A DNA stretch of 64,000 nucleotides from Callorhinchus milii (GCF_018977255.1 NW_024704742.1:15440001-15504000); one strand, 5' to 3'; shown: positions 12,128 through 25,985, numbered from the stretch's first letter. The notes: generated from the letters alone by a model not told the origin. Translations and numbers: made by a program.

Positions 12128-15090
12128 ATAAGACCATAAGACGTAGGAGTAGGAGTAGACCATTCAGCCCCTTAAGCCTGCCCTGCCATTTAATAAGATC
12201 ATGGCTGATTTACTAACCTAAGTCCATTTACTCACCCTATCCCCATATCCCTTAATCCCTCTAACCTTTAGAAATCTAACAATCTCAGTTTTGAATATGT
12301 TCTGGGGTAGAGAGTTCCACAAATTCACTACCCTCTGAGTGATGAAATGTTTCCTCAACTCAGTTCGAAAAGGTTGACCCTTAATCTTGAGACTATGACC
12401 CCTAGTTTTAAATTCTCCAACCAGGGGAAACAGTCTCACAGCATCTATCCTGTCAAGGAATCTTATAGGTTTCTATAAGATCACCTCTAATTCTTCTATA
12501 TTCTAGAGAATATAGGCCTAGTTTACTCAACCTATCTTCATAGGTCAACTCCCTCATCCCAGGAACCAACCTAGTGAATCTACGCTGCACCCCCTCTAAG
12601 GCGAGTATGTCGTTTCTTAAATAAGGAAACCAAAACTGCACACAATATTCCAGGTGTGGTCTCACCAAGGCCTTATACAACTGCAGCAAGACTTCCCTAC
12701 TCTTGTACTCTAAACCTTTTGCAATGAACGCCAACATGGCATTAGCCTTCCTAATTGCTTGCCGTACCTGTATACTAACTTTTTGTGACTGATGTACAAG
12801 GACATCCAAATCCCTCTGAACACTAACACTGTCTAGTCTCTTCCCCTCTAGAAAATAATCTGCTTTTCTATTTTTACTTAGGTGAATAACTTCACACTTC
12901 CCCACGTTATACTACATCTGCCACCTTCTTGCCCACTCACTTAGCCTGTCTGTTTCCCTTTGCATTCTTTGTGTGTCATCCTCACAGCTTACACTCCCAC
13001 CTATTTTCGTAACATCCGAGAATTTAGATATGTTAAGTTCTATTTCCTCATCTGAATCATTGATATACACTGTAAATAATTGAGGCCCAAATACTGATCC
13101 TTGTGGCACTCCATTGTCAAATTCTGCCAATCTGACAAAGACCCGTTTTTCCCTACTCTCTGTTTTCTTCCTGTTAGCCGCTCTCCAATCCATACTAATA
13201 TATTGCCTTTAATTCCATGGGCTCTAATCTTATGCAACAGCCTTTTATGTGGCACCTTGTCGAATGCCTCCTGAAAATCCAAATACTACTGGTTCCCCAC
13301 TATTCAACCTGCTAGTTACATCCTCAAAAAACTCTAAAAAATTTGTTAAACATGATTTCCCTTTTGTAAAGCCATGTTGACTCTGCCTAATGTTATGTTA
13401 TGATTTTCTAAACACCCCAAGACAACTTCCCTAATTAAGGACTCTAGAATTTTTCATACCACCGATGTCAGACTAACTGGTCTATAGTTCCCTATTTTTT
13501 GTCTCCCACCCTTCTTAAATATCGGCATAACGTTTGCGACCTTCCAATCACTGGGAACCTTTCCAGAATCCAGGGAATTTTGGAAGATCAAAAATAAAGC
13601 ATCCAGTATCTCTGCAGCCACTTCTTTTAAAACCCTAGGATGCAGGCCATCAGGTCCAGGTGATATATCGTTTTTTAATCCTATCAATTTCTCTAGTTCT
13701 ATTGCTTTACTGATGTTCATTTTTTTAAGTTCCTCACTAACATTAGCCTCCAGGTTCCCCTCTATTTTCGGTAAATTTTCAGTGTCCTCTAACGTGAAGA
13801 CAGAAGCAAAATAATTGTTTATTGACTCTGCCATTTCTTTATTCCCCATTATAATTTCTCCTGTCGCTGCCTGCAATGGACCCACATTCACTTTTGATAG
13901 TCTCTTCCTCTTTATGTACTTGTAAAAACTCTTACAATCTGTCTTTATGTTCCTAGCTAGTTTACTCTCATCTTCTATTTTCTCCCTCTTAATCGGTTTC
14001 TTGGTTTTCCTTTGCAAATCTCTAAAGCCCTCCCAATCCTCAAGTTTACTGCTCTTTTTGGCAGTATTACAGGCTTCTTCTTTTAATTTTATACTTTCCT
14101 TAACTTCTCTAGTTAGCCAAGGTTGAACCACGTTTCCCGTGGTATTTTTATTTTTCAAGGGATTATGTGATCGCTGGAAATTATGTATTATGACTTTAAA
14201 CGTTTGCCATTGCTTTTCTACTGTCATATTTTTTAATTTCCCAGTCTATTTTAGCCAAATCTTCTCTCATACCTGCAAAGTTGGCTTTATTTAGATTTAA
14301 GACCCTTCCTGTGGATTCAACTATATCACTCTCTAACTTATGTTAAATTCTATCATGTTATGGTCACTCTGCCCTTGGGGAGCCTTAACTTCCAGATTGC
14401 TGATTAGCCCTATTTAATTACACAAAACAAGATCTTGGATAGCCTGTTCCCTGGTTGGTTCCTCACCATACTTTTTTATAAAACTCTCTCTGATGCATTC
14501 TGTAAACTCATCCTCTAATTTATCTTTGTCAATTTAGTTTTCCCAGTCTATATGGAGATTGAAATCATTCACTATTAGTGTATTCCCCTTGCTACATGCT
14601 CCTCTAATTTCCTGATTAATACCCTGGCCAATACTGAAACTGCTGTTTGGAGGTCTATAAACTACTCCCACTAGTGTTTTCCGCCCCTTGTTGTTTCTTA
14701 TCTCCACCAATACTGACTCTACATCCTGATTTTCTGATTTGAAATCCTTCCTCTGTACTGTTTTTATCTCACCTTTATTAGCAGGGCTACCACCTCCACC
14801 TACCACCACCACCCCACCACCCTCCCCCATCTCGTTTGCCACAATGCCTATCTTTTCTATACATCAAATACCCCGGAATGTTTAGCTCCCACCCTTGGTC
14901 TCCCTGTAACTACGCCTTAGTAATAACCACTAGATCATACCCATTTATCTCTATTTGTGCACTTAATTCATCTATCTTGTTACGAATGCTTCGTGCATTC
15001 AGATATAGCACCTTTAATTTTGACCTCTTACTATTTCACCTGCTTATTAATGCCCTATTTCCTTTGTTGAGCTTTTTGTCCCTACTTGAC
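12128..15090 (-). mobile_element. CR1-clade LINE (EN + RT), degraded
   Basis: LVGVVYRPPNS and DFNLHIDW (EN); [56 protein letters not shown] (RT); short-repeat tail near 12128-12145. Confidence 0.95.
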
Positions 15091-15745
15091 ACACTCTGTT
15101 TTTTGGCATGGTTTAAAGAGAAGGTGGATGAGTTTAGAGAATTCAATTATTCCTTAAGCACTTGCTGATGCTATTTTAATTCTCTATCCTTTTGTAATGC
15201 ATTGTCTCACTGTTGTAGTGGTACAATAGGGAGAACAATGTATCATGGAAACATTGGATAATCTTGATGCAGAGAACCCGCATTCCAGCTCCATTCCTGG
15301 AAAAAAGTGGGAGATCCGAGCGCAAATATTGTGGCAGTTTAGTTGCAGGAGATCAACATGCCAAGCCAAGCACTACACTCTCAGGGTTAAGGGAAAACTA
15401 TTTAGGACCAGAATATGAACTTGGGAACTTTCGCTGTCATTGCAGAATTCAGCCATCTTATTATGTTGGCAAAGGCTGATAGCCCCTGTGAAAGGATGCT
15501 TCATGCTTCTTTTATAATTACCCTTTTCAAATTCAAACAATACCAAAGAACTATTTTGCGAACTGCAAGACTTCCTATATTTTAGCAAAACATGAATTTC
15601 ATGGACATCTGAAATATTCTCTGTGCAAAAATGTCCCAATTTACAGGAGGCTTTTGGGATCGATATTCAACTCTGAAAATATTTAAGTGAAACTCCATTC
15701 AGACATATACAATAGAATTGAATTAATTAGGCAACAAATGGATCC

Positions 15746-16081
15746 ATAATAATAATAATCCTTGCATTTGATATAATGCCTTATCACATCTTTGAAACAT
15801 CTCAAAGCGCTTCACAGAATATACTGTTAAGAGAACTGACTGTATATTTTGTGGGTGAAACGTGGCAGCCAATTTCACACAGCAGTGTCCCAGAAACTAT
15901 CGTGGATTGAGTGACCTAATTTTTTTCAAGAGTTTATTAACCCCGGGAAAGAGATCTGCCAATTGTCTAACAATGGGGTTCCTACTTACTGCTAGGTAAA
16001 CAGAGGCGTGTGGAGTAAGGAAACCCAGATCCTCTCACTTGTGAGGCGAGTGCTCTAACTACTAAGGTACACAGGACTCCA
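15746..16081 (-). mobile_element. tRNA-derived SINE (long subfamily)
   Basis: Head, internal ctctgtttacctagcagtaagtagg segment, core and (TAA)n tail. Confidence 0.88.
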
Positions 16082-16464
16082 TGTGATATGACTTGTGTGA
16101 GGTATACTGTATACTTGTATACTGTGTTACAAAATTAGACAAATATTCAACACAGTTCAAGTACGGTGGGTGATAGTGAAAGAGTGTATCCTCTCCACAC
16201 AGACAACAACAACAACTTGCATTTACACAATGCCCCTCATCCAGAGTAGCGTTTCAGAGCGCTAATAACTAATAACTAATAATTCACAGATTGCCTAAGG
16301 AAATGTGTCTCACTTGTTAAAAAGGTCACCAGCCAACACTATGCAGGAATATAGCAAAAATTTCCATTTCATGCAGCATTCCACATTTCCCACAGTTGCT
16401 GTCAGATATTTTGCTGGATACACCAGGTAAATCATCATGCTTAGCACTGTAAGTCTGAATTCCT

Positions 16465-16985
16465 ACCTTGTCAAGGCATTGGAGAGGGTGCAAAGGAGAT
16501 TTACCAGGATGGTACCAGGAATGAGGGACTTCAGTTATCAGGTGAGGCTAGGGAATCTAGGATTATTCTCCTTGGAGCAGAGAAGGTTAAGAGGAGACTT
16601 AGACTTAATAGAAGTTTTTAAAATTATGAGGCAATTCAATAAGGTGAACAAGGAGGAATTATTTCCACTGGCGGGTGCGTCGGTAACCCGAGGACACCGA
16701 TTTTAAATGTCGTTAAAAGAAACAGAAGGGAGGTGAGGAGAAATTTTTTCACACAGCAACTTGTTTGGATCTGGAATGCGTTGCCTGTAAGGGTGGTGGA
16801 AACCGATTCGATTACAACTTTTAAGAGAGAAGTAGATAATTATTTGGGGAGGACAAGTTTACGGGGCTATGGGGAGAGAGCGGGGGAGTGGGATTAAATT
16901 GGATAATTCTTTTCAAAGAGCTGGCAAAGACATGATGGGCCAAATGGCCTCCTTCTGTGCTGTATAATTCTATGATTCTATGATT
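16465..16985 (+). mobile_element. CR1 3' fragment
   Basis: LERVQRRFTRMVPG...LFSLEQRRLRGDL; ends in the CR1-type (ATTCTATG)n octamer tail. Confidence 0.92.
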
Positions 16986-18481
16986 GTCTTAGCTTGCAAG
17001 GCAATTTTGGCCTAAAATGTAAAATCACTCACAATTCTAGAGGATTCCTAAATTCAGTCTCAATTTGATAAATGGTTCTTTTTAAGAGCTGAGGAAAATT
17101 GACTTCTATGGTTAAGAATGAGTGAATGAATTGTTCACAATTTCATGTGACCTTCCATTCTAAGATTACCAGATATAGTCAAAGTGTACTTTTGAGCCAC
17201 GTATTTGCTAAATTCATCCTCATGTTTCCGTTTTGTTGTCTTTCCCTCCTCTATCCATTCAATGTACTTCTCCACCCCCATTTTGAGTCTACTAAAAGGT
17301 CAGATCTGAAATGTCAATTCGCTCTTGCATTCTTTTTACCTGGTGTTAATTTCCAGCTTTTCTCTTTTTATTCCCAGCCTCAGTTAATACTTTTGATTCA
17401 ATCCTGTTTTGAAATGTCCCAATATGTTTTGCTCTCACTCGGTTCCAGTAAAATAAACATGCAATTCTTATCGTAACTGACATGTTGCGACATTCATCTG
17501 AGATGAGTTGATATAGCCACTGCATAATCAGAATATTTCCTTGGATTCTGCGTCACAGCTTAATCAAATGCAATGACTATTTTTATTACTGGAAGACTTC
17601 TTCCCTTGCCTCCTTTAAGGCCGGTCTCAAGACCCTCCTCTTCGATCGTGCCTTCAGTCGCCCTCCCACCACTTTGCCTTCCCTCACTGCTACCCCACCC
17701 CTCCTCCATGCTCAGGTCCTGACCCCTGACTGTCCAGCGCCTTGGGACGTCCTCCTGATATGAAAGGCGCTCTATAATTGTAATTTTGTTGTTGTATTAT
17801 AAAATGTTTTTAAATTGTATTTTCTACTTGAATTAATAACTGGATTTAGATTTGAAAATATTTCAAGCTGCCTGATGACTATAAAAATTCCATTTTCACC
17901 AGTTTAAACATTTCTAAAAAATATGCCTGCATTCTCCCATTACAATAAATGTCAATAGAAAAATCTGCAGCGAGCTAACTGAGAATACCAGAGGAATGGA
18001 AAGGGATTACTAATAGAAGAATCTAATCACTGGGATTTAGAAAACATCTGCAATCAACAGAGTGGTTTATTCATTGACATCCGAACAGGATTAAAGGCTC
18101 CAGTCCTCTGGTAGACATGGAATACAACAGAAATTAACATTTGGATTAGACATTAAACCGAGGTCCCATCTGCCTGCTCAGGTGATTATTAAAGATCCCT
18201 GGGAACTATTCAAAAAGAAAAAGAAGGAGCTGCTCCAAAATTGGTCACTCATTTCATGACTATTTGTAGGATATTGCTGTGTGCAAACTGGCTACCACAT
18301 TTTGCAAAATACACAGTTAATCCACTTAACAGCATATCCTATGAAGCGCTTTAATTTGTCTTGATGATGTGACAAGGCGCTATATCAAATGAAAGGATTA
18401 TTTTTATTATTGTTATTACGTTGGGATGATGTGACATCCAAGAGACATTTAATATTGCTTAGATTATGTGCATTTTATCAT

Positions 18482-18805
18482 AAGCGCTTTGGGACGTCCT
18501 CCCGACGTGAAAAGCGCTATATCAAATGCAAGGATTTAATATAGCGCCTTACCATGGTGCACAGCTATGTACCACAAACAGTCATGGATTAAAATGACCA
18601 ATTTATTATTCTTTTTTTTAAGGAATTATTGCCCCCGGAAAAGCGATCCGCCAATCGATAACAAGCAGGTTCCTACTTAACTGCTAGGTTAAACAGAGGC
18701 ATGTGGAGTAAGGAAACTTGCCTAACATTTTGCCCTGTTGAATATCGAACCCAGGTCTCTCACTTGCGTGCTGAATGCTCCAACCACTGAGTTATAGGAC
18801 TCCAT
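18482..18805 (-). mobile_element. SINE (long subfamily) abutting an opposite-strand SINE tail
   Basis: Head ends ggactcca at ~18803; + strand tail at 18482-18535. Confidence 0.8.
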
Positions 18806-19001
18806 TTTATTCTTTTATAAAATAATTTTACTGACAGTGACTTATATATGAGCTGCGATGTAGAGATCTTGTATTGCCTATGAAGACAATATTCTTTAGT
18901 TCAAAATGAAGATTCGTATTTCAGAATCTGCCAAAAACTGGATTCCCTGTAAGCATAATAATAATAATCCTTGCATTTAATATAGTCACGTTTTCAAGAT
19001 A

Positions 19002-19397
19002 ATAATAATAATAATCCTTGCATTTGATATAGCGCTTTTCACGTCGGGAGGATGTCCCAAAGCACTTCACAGAACACACTGTAAAGTGAATTGACTGTAT
19101 ATTTGTGGGCGAACGCGGCAGCCAATTGCGCACAGCAATGTCCCACAAACAGTCGTGGATTGAAGTGACCAATTTTTTTTAAGGAATTATTACTCTCGGA
19201 ACAATCCGAGTAGAAATAATAGTAATTTGGTCACTCAATCCACGACTGTTTGTGGGACACCACTGTGTACAATTGGCTGCTGCATTTCGCCCACAAAATA
19301 TACAGTCAATTCACTTTACAGTATATTCTGTGATGCGCTTTGAATCGTCTCAACAATGTGATAAGGCATTATATCAAATGCAGGGATTATTATTATT
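19002..19397. mobile_element. Two headless SINE 3' halves in inverted orientation
   Basis: 19002-19200 is a - strand copy and 19225-19397 a + strand copy of the same core and tail. Confidence 0.85.
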
Positions 19398-19567
19398 GTT
19401 ATCAAATCCAGTCTCAGGCAAAATGTTACCCCTCACATCCACACACAACATATATATACATACATACATGCATTGGCCGTATAGACACCCAAAGTGGGAG
19501 CACACTTTTACTTGAATCTCTTACCAGAATATGCATAATATTGAAGAAGTTCTAAAAAGTTACTTAC

Positions 19568-19700
19568 CATAATGTACTGTGCAGTTGACTCCACCAGGCA
19601 GCACTCCCTTCCCAAAGTGTACAAGTTAATATGCGCCTCCACAATAAGAAAAATATACAATCAGGAACACTGTGACTCCTAACGTAAAGAATGTGATCTG
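19568..19700 (-). other. Candidate first (mostly 5'UTR) exon of an unidentified minus-strand transcript, ending in ATG|GTAAGT
   Basis: On the - strand: strong donor GTAAGTA at 19567-19561, preceded by ATG (19570-19568); Inr-like TCACATT at 19696-19690; non-repetitive sequence. No downstream exon identified. Confidence 0.45.
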
Positions 19701-20310
19701 CGAGAAAACAAGGCTTCTCGAGTGTTTATACGAAAAGAAAAAAAATAGCCAGTCCCTTCTCTGAGGGAAATCCCTTAACTTTCTTACCACATCGTTATCG
19801 AAATGTTTCGACTGTTGTGCCCACTCATCCGCAGACTTCTCTTTAAAAGCGGATTAAAAAAAAGATCAGAGGGTTGTGTGATGTAGCAAAAGCACTGAGG
19901 ATTCCCTTGTTTGCCTCGCTGTGACGGAAAAAAGGGTAAACACCCTCCCACACTGCTAAAGGAAGCCCTGCAGGAAAGCCTTGGTGAAAGCTGCAGCCCC
20001 CACACGCACACACACAGTACAGTGGAAAACTTCATCACAGGCTCCCGGCAGCTTCTGTTACAATATCATAGAAACTTTCAGGCTGTAACTTACAGTAAGA
20101 ATCGGGCAGTTGCAGCCACCGATTTTGCATCAATCGTAAATGCTCCATATATTTTTAATAATCTGTGGGTTCGTTTTGAGGTTTCTTTTTAAGTGATGTG
20201 AAATTACCTGAAAAGAGTTACAAAAGTCATGCAGGGTGACGGCTATGACTAAATCAGTTAATGATTGCTTCCCTGAGCTTGAAGTGACCTCAGTTTCAGG
20301 ATGCGCTGGC
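19690..20310 (-). promoter_or_regulatory. Candidate NF-kB/TATA promoter
   Basis: TATAAA (- strand, 19730-19725) about 30-36 nt upstream of the Inr; consensus kB site GGGAAATCCC at 19765-19774; further kB-like motif near 19900; repeat-free and CpG-retaining. Confidence 0.5.
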
Positions 20311-21549
20311 TCTTCACTTAATAATTAATAATAATATTAATCCTTGTCTTCGATATAGCCTCTTATCATTTGAGACGTTTCGAAACAATTCACAGAACAT
20401 ACTGTAAAGTAAATTGATTGTATATTTTGTGGGCGAAATTTAAAACACCTTTTTGTCAAAGCAAATAAAGTGAATTTTAACTGGCTGCTACTTATAAAAG
20501 TATTGCTTCAGTTTTGATATATTTACTCTCATTGACATACCTATATATAGTATCAAATGTATTGATATTATTTAAGAGCTGTATTAAAATATTGTACAGT
20601 ATTTAAATCTATTGCAAGTATATTACTTCTCACGCCTCTGTTTATCTAGGACCAAGTAGGAAACCTGAAGTTAGTCGATTGACAGATCACTTTCCTGGGT
20701 GTAATAATTCCTTTAAAAAAATTGGTCAATTTAATATTATTGAATTAAATCCATGACTGTTTGTGGGACATTGCTGTGTGCAATTGGCTGCCACATTTCA
20801 CCCACAAAATATACAATCAATTCACTTGACAGTATATTCTATGAAGCGCTTTAACATGTCCCAAAGATGTGATAAATTGACCAATTTCGCTCCACCAGGT
20901 CTGGTCTCCTCCTTGTCCCCCAAATCCTCTGCTCCACCATCGGCAGCTGTGCTTTTAGCCACTACACCCCGAGGCTCTGGAAATCCCTTCCTTACTCCCT
21001 TCGCCTCGCCCCCTCTCTTCCTATTTTCAGGTCTCGGCTGAAGACCTTTATTTTCGACCGCACCTTTGGTCACCTTCCTTCCCTCTCCCCATGGCTCGGC
21101 CCCGGGATCCGTTACTGTGAAGCGCTCTGAAATGCCATCCGGCATGGAGGGCACTATATAAATCCAAGTTGTTGTTGTTGATAAGGCGTTATTCAAATGC
21201 GAGGATTTTTATAATGGTGAAATTACCTCTAGAAGAAAGCAGTAGGGACAGTGAAGTAATATAAGTATTTAAAATGGGAGAGTTTATTTTAAAGACATAT
21301 GAATTTTATAAAACCTTATCAAGGTTCAAAGTCCTTTACAAGTAATTACCGTTCATTTTTTTTCGTCAGTGTAGTGTCTGACATATGCGGAAACCAATCA
21401 TCATGTTTAAAAGCATCCAAACAAAACTAAGGTTTCCATGTATCCCACCTACACATGGAAATCTCACAGACAGATTGTTGGAATGGAAATGCACTCTCTC
21501 TCCCTGGAGGGACATATCCTGCTTACCTTATTCCGGAAAGTATTACAAA

Positions 21550-22790
21550 AATAATAACAAAATTACGTTTGTATGTTTAAGTGCCTTTCATGTCAGAAGG
21601 ACATCACAAGGCTCTGAACAGACAGAGTTATGGACCCAAGCTGGGGGTCGGGGTCGGGAAGGGTGGAGGTCCGGGGAGAAGCAGGGAGATCAAAAGCACG
21701 GTCGAAGAGGAGGGCATGAGATAGGTTTTGAAGGCGGCATGGGAGGGGGTGAGGTGGAGGGACTGCGGGATGGAGTTCCAGAGGGTGGGGGGAGAGTAGC
21801 GGAAGGCGCGCCTGCTAATAGTGGACCAGTGAGGCAGGGGACGTGATGAAGGCCGGAGCCCTCTAAGCAGATGGAGTGAGCAGGATGGTAGGGTATTAGG
21901 AGGTTACAGATGTAGGGGGCAGCAAGGAGGAGGGCTTTGAAGGTCAGGACCAGGATCTTGAACTGTATCCTCTGTGTATTCTCCACTAGAGTTGGGCAAG
22001 GATGGGAGTGATAGGGTCACTGAGCCTAGTGAGGGAGAGGATATGGGCTGCAGAGTTCTGGATGATCTGCAGTGTGAGACAGTGGCGGAGCCGGGTGACA
22101 TTGCGGAGGTGGGTGAAGGCCAAGCAGGTCATGGTGCAGTGTGGGGTAGAAACGATAGTTGAGGGTCAAACAAGACCCCAAGGTTCCGGACTGGCTTAGC
22201 AAGGTGGAGTGTGCAACCATGGATGGTGGTGCTGTCAGCTCCTGAGGTGAGGAAGCGCTGACAGGAGCGAATCAGGAGAGCCTCGGTCTTGTTGACGTTC
22301 AACTGAAGAAAGTTAGCTCTCATCTAGGACTTGATGTCTGACAGACATTCTGTCAGGACAGCTGTGGTCCTGGAGTCAAGGGTGGAGGCAGAGAGGTAGA
22401 GTTCGGTGTCATTCGCACACATGTGGAAGTTGACCCCATGTCTGCGGATAATGTCACCAAGAGGGAGCATATAAACATTGAAGAAGAGGGCGCCAAGGAC
22501 AGAGTTCTGAGGAACGCCACACCAGATGGTCCAGGGTATAGAGGAGAAGCCATTTGTACAGATGAAGGGCAGGTGGTGTGAGAAGTACGATCTGAACCAG
22601 TCAAGGACAGATACATGGAGATTGAGGTGAGAGGAGAGGTGGTGGATGAGGATAGAGTGGTCAACAGTAACGAAAGCTGCAGAAAGGTCAAGAGGACGAG
22701 GAGGCAGAGGGACCCCTGGTTGCAGATGGACAGAATGTCATTTGTCACTTTGACCAGGCTGTTTCTGTGCTGTGGAGGGGTTCGAGAAGA
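21550..22790 (-). mobile_element. Older, diverged L2 fragment (RT to 3' end)
   Basis: Decayed [48 protein letters not shown] in several frames. Confidence 0.88.
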
Positions 22791-22794
22791 GAGT

Positions 22795-23585
22795 GGCACA
22801 CAAGTTGACAAGAGTCAGGTCTTGGGCACCCCGAATGTCTGTTGGGGTACAGCTGGAACTTAACCAGCTAAAACCACATAGTTTACCATTGATATTGCTG
22901 TCTGGCAAGCTTTCCCGCTGCTTGTCCAGCTAAGATAATCCTTCCCTATCGGTTATCGCTTGGCTTGCAGGGTCAGCAAGAGCTGAGTGGGTTGACTGCC
23001 TGCCACAGGTGACTGGTCTACCCTTCCAGGTCCTGCCGACAAGCCAGGCTAGTTGTGCTGTCATCAGCAGTACACTGGATTACTGCAGACCTGCCTGGCT
23101 CAGGAAGCACCATCCGAAACACCACTTCAATAGCAACTGAAATCAGCAAGATCCCTCTGTAGTTATCGGTTTCACTAGGGTCACATTCTTGTGGATAGAC
23201 ACCACAATTACACTCTAGAACACTGATAGGGTGTGAGCTTCAGAGAATCTTGTTGACCAGCGCAAGGACGGCAGCTCCAAGGTGAGTTAGAGGTTCCTGG
23301 CTTGGATCTGTAATACCTTCACCGTTCTCCATCTCCTTCCTCAGAGCAACTTTTAGGAATTCAGCATTGATGCTGTCTGCACTAGCTGCCTTGTCATTGG
23401 CAAAGCGCCTCAGTGTGGAGGCCACCTCCTTCCAGCGGATTGGGCCATTAAGGCCTACATTCAGGTCTACATCTCCCACCAGCTCTTCTAGTTTCCTTAC
23501 TCCACACGCCTCTATTTACCTAGCAATAACCTGGTTGTTAGTTGATAGGCAGATTACTTTTCTGAGGCTACTAATCCCTTTAGAA
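22795..23585 (-). mobile_element. Internally deleted LINE of a third clade (RTE/RTE-X-like), RT N-terminal part fused to 3' part
   Basis: PIRWKEV...KAASADSINAEFLK, then IVVSIHK and DPSETDNYRGILLISVA across frameshifts; its 22.8-23.0 kb part is homologous to 42.6-42.9 kb and 56.6-56.8 kb. Clade assignment is tentative. Confidence 0.7.
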
Positions 23586-25559
23586 AAATAATAATTTGGT
23601 CACTCAATCCACAACTGTTTCTGGGATACTGCTGTGCGCAATTGGCTGTCAATTCACTTTACAGTATATTCTGTGAAGCACTTAGAGACGTCTAGAAGAT
23701 GTGCCATATAAAAAAATGCAAAGATTATCATAATCTGTCTATATTCCCCTGAAGTTGTTTACAAATTCTTCATTGCTAGCTACACTCCCTTTATTCATAA
23801 TACTTTCTTGTGATCTCAACAATTGTCCCCCAAAGAACCATGAGGTGAATGAAATATTAATCTGGAGATTTTTAGTTTGGATATATGTGAGTCACTCAAC
23901 ATTTGTATTTTTTTACGAAGGGACTTAAACAGTAATGAAACTGTTATTAAATTCTGCGTAATATTCAAAAGCGATTGAAAAGAAGTTTCAGTATGTAAAT
24001 CATGTGGAGAAATAGAATTAAATTATTAACATATTCATTTTCTGATGGTTCCATTTATCATCTTCGTTTATCATCCTCCTTACAAACACGTAATAATCCA
24101 CTTGAATAAAATTTTTCTTACAGAGCATTTTTCTCACAGGCTGAATAACTGGACCTTAATCTCCTCTTTGACATTTGAAGAAGCAATGATAACCTTTATT
24201 TTAGTTCTTGAAAGAAACAGTTTCTTTATTATTCTCACAAATTTAAGATCAGCAATTACCATTGACCTTGAATGTTAAAGGTTCATCTAGAACCTATAAT
24301 ATTCTTGGTCTCACCATCTTTTGGAGCTGATCAGAGAAGATTCAGAAGAATGTGATAGCAGTCTTTAAAATTCTGAAGGGACATGATAAGGTGAAGAAGG
24401 AATCTTATTTCTTTTAATTGGGGTAATCAGTGATGCAGGAGGTGGGGAGGTTAGTTGCATGATTCTTATGCATCCTGCTTATCTAATTCTGGAAAGTATT
24501 AGGCACAGGAGGCATCTATGGGAAGATCTTCTGTCCTGCAGTGGAATATGTGATACATCAGCTGCAGAGTTCAAGAGTTGAAACTTTAACCTATTCACTT
24601 CATACAGACAGGCAATTGGAGCCTGGGAATTTCCCATAAAATTGAATGCTTGGTGTTGAAACACAGGAAGTGAGGATACAGTGAGTGACATTGGCTTGTA
24701 GCACATTATACAATAAGCAGAACCCAGGAATATTAGAAGCTTCTTATCTACGGTCATGTATAGCCAAATACTGTCCTTCTATTCAGTGTCTGGACTTCAC
24801 TGCTCAAAGCTACATGGAAATATATGAAGGTCAATTTGGTGTGACTGAAGAAACATCCTCCAGTCTCACCGTGGCTGATGTACCATTTTTCACATAGACT
24901 AACAGTTCCTTCCACAGAATTAGTTTGAAATATTGTGATGGAATCCTATGTGGATTCTTTACAAAATATATCTCACCCAGCCCAGCAGGTTCAAGCTCTA
25001 CTTCGGAAATTGAACTCAAGGTTGAGAGTGACAGTGCAGTACTGGAAGAGTGGGATATTGTTGGAGGCGCTGTCTTTTGATAAGAGTTTAAACTGGAATC
25101 CCATCTGTTTATAAACACATCTTGTTTACCTAGCAGTAAGTAGGAACCCATTGTTAGTCGATTGGCAGATTGCTTTTCCAGGGGGTAATAATAATCCCTT
25201 CATAAATAATCATAATAATAATTTGGTCCCTCAATCCATGATTATTTGTGGAACACTGCTGTGCACAATTGGCTGCCCCATTTCACCCACAAAATACACA
25301 GTCACCACACCTTACATTATATTCTGTGAAGCACTTTGAGATATCTCAAAGACATGATAAGGTGCTATATCAAATGCAAGGATTATTATTATTATACAAG
25401 CAAAGGTTAGACTCCATTGCACTATTTGACAAGAGAAGGAATTTTCTCCTGATGTCCTGGCCAACAATATACCAAGTTAGTTGATCATTTACCTCATGGC
25501 TGTTTGAACAAGTGCTCCGGGATGCTACCACGCATGAAGGGCGCTAAATTGAGCTCCAC

Positions 25560-25900
25560 TAATCAAACAATCCAGCGCATTCAGAACTCTGCTGCCCATG
25601 TCCTTACCCAGAGCAAACTCTGTACCCCTATCTTACTCGTTCTGGCCAAGTTCCACTGGCTCCCCATCACTGAACAATGGACTTCAAGATCCTCAAAACT
25701 CATGTTCAAGTCCATTCACTCGCTGGCATCTCCCTACCGCTCCGACCTCCTCACTCCCCAATCCACCACCCGGCGCCTCCACTTGACTAGCACCGGCCTA
25801 CTGTTTGTCTCTCCCGCACTCTGCTCACAATTGGAGGTCTCGCATTCAGCCACTTCACCCTGAAACTCTGGAACACACTCCCTCAATCCCTCCTCTTTGC
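25560..25900 (+). mobile_element. Old L2 3' fragment
   Basis: IQRIQNSAAHVLTQ...LAKFHWLPI motif of the L2 ORF2 C-terminus. Confidence 0.8.
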
Positions 25901-25985
25901 CCCCATTCTTCCAAACAGTGTCTGAGAACCCAGTATTATAACAGGAGCAATGTTCTCTTATTTATGCGTTTACTGTATTTTACAG

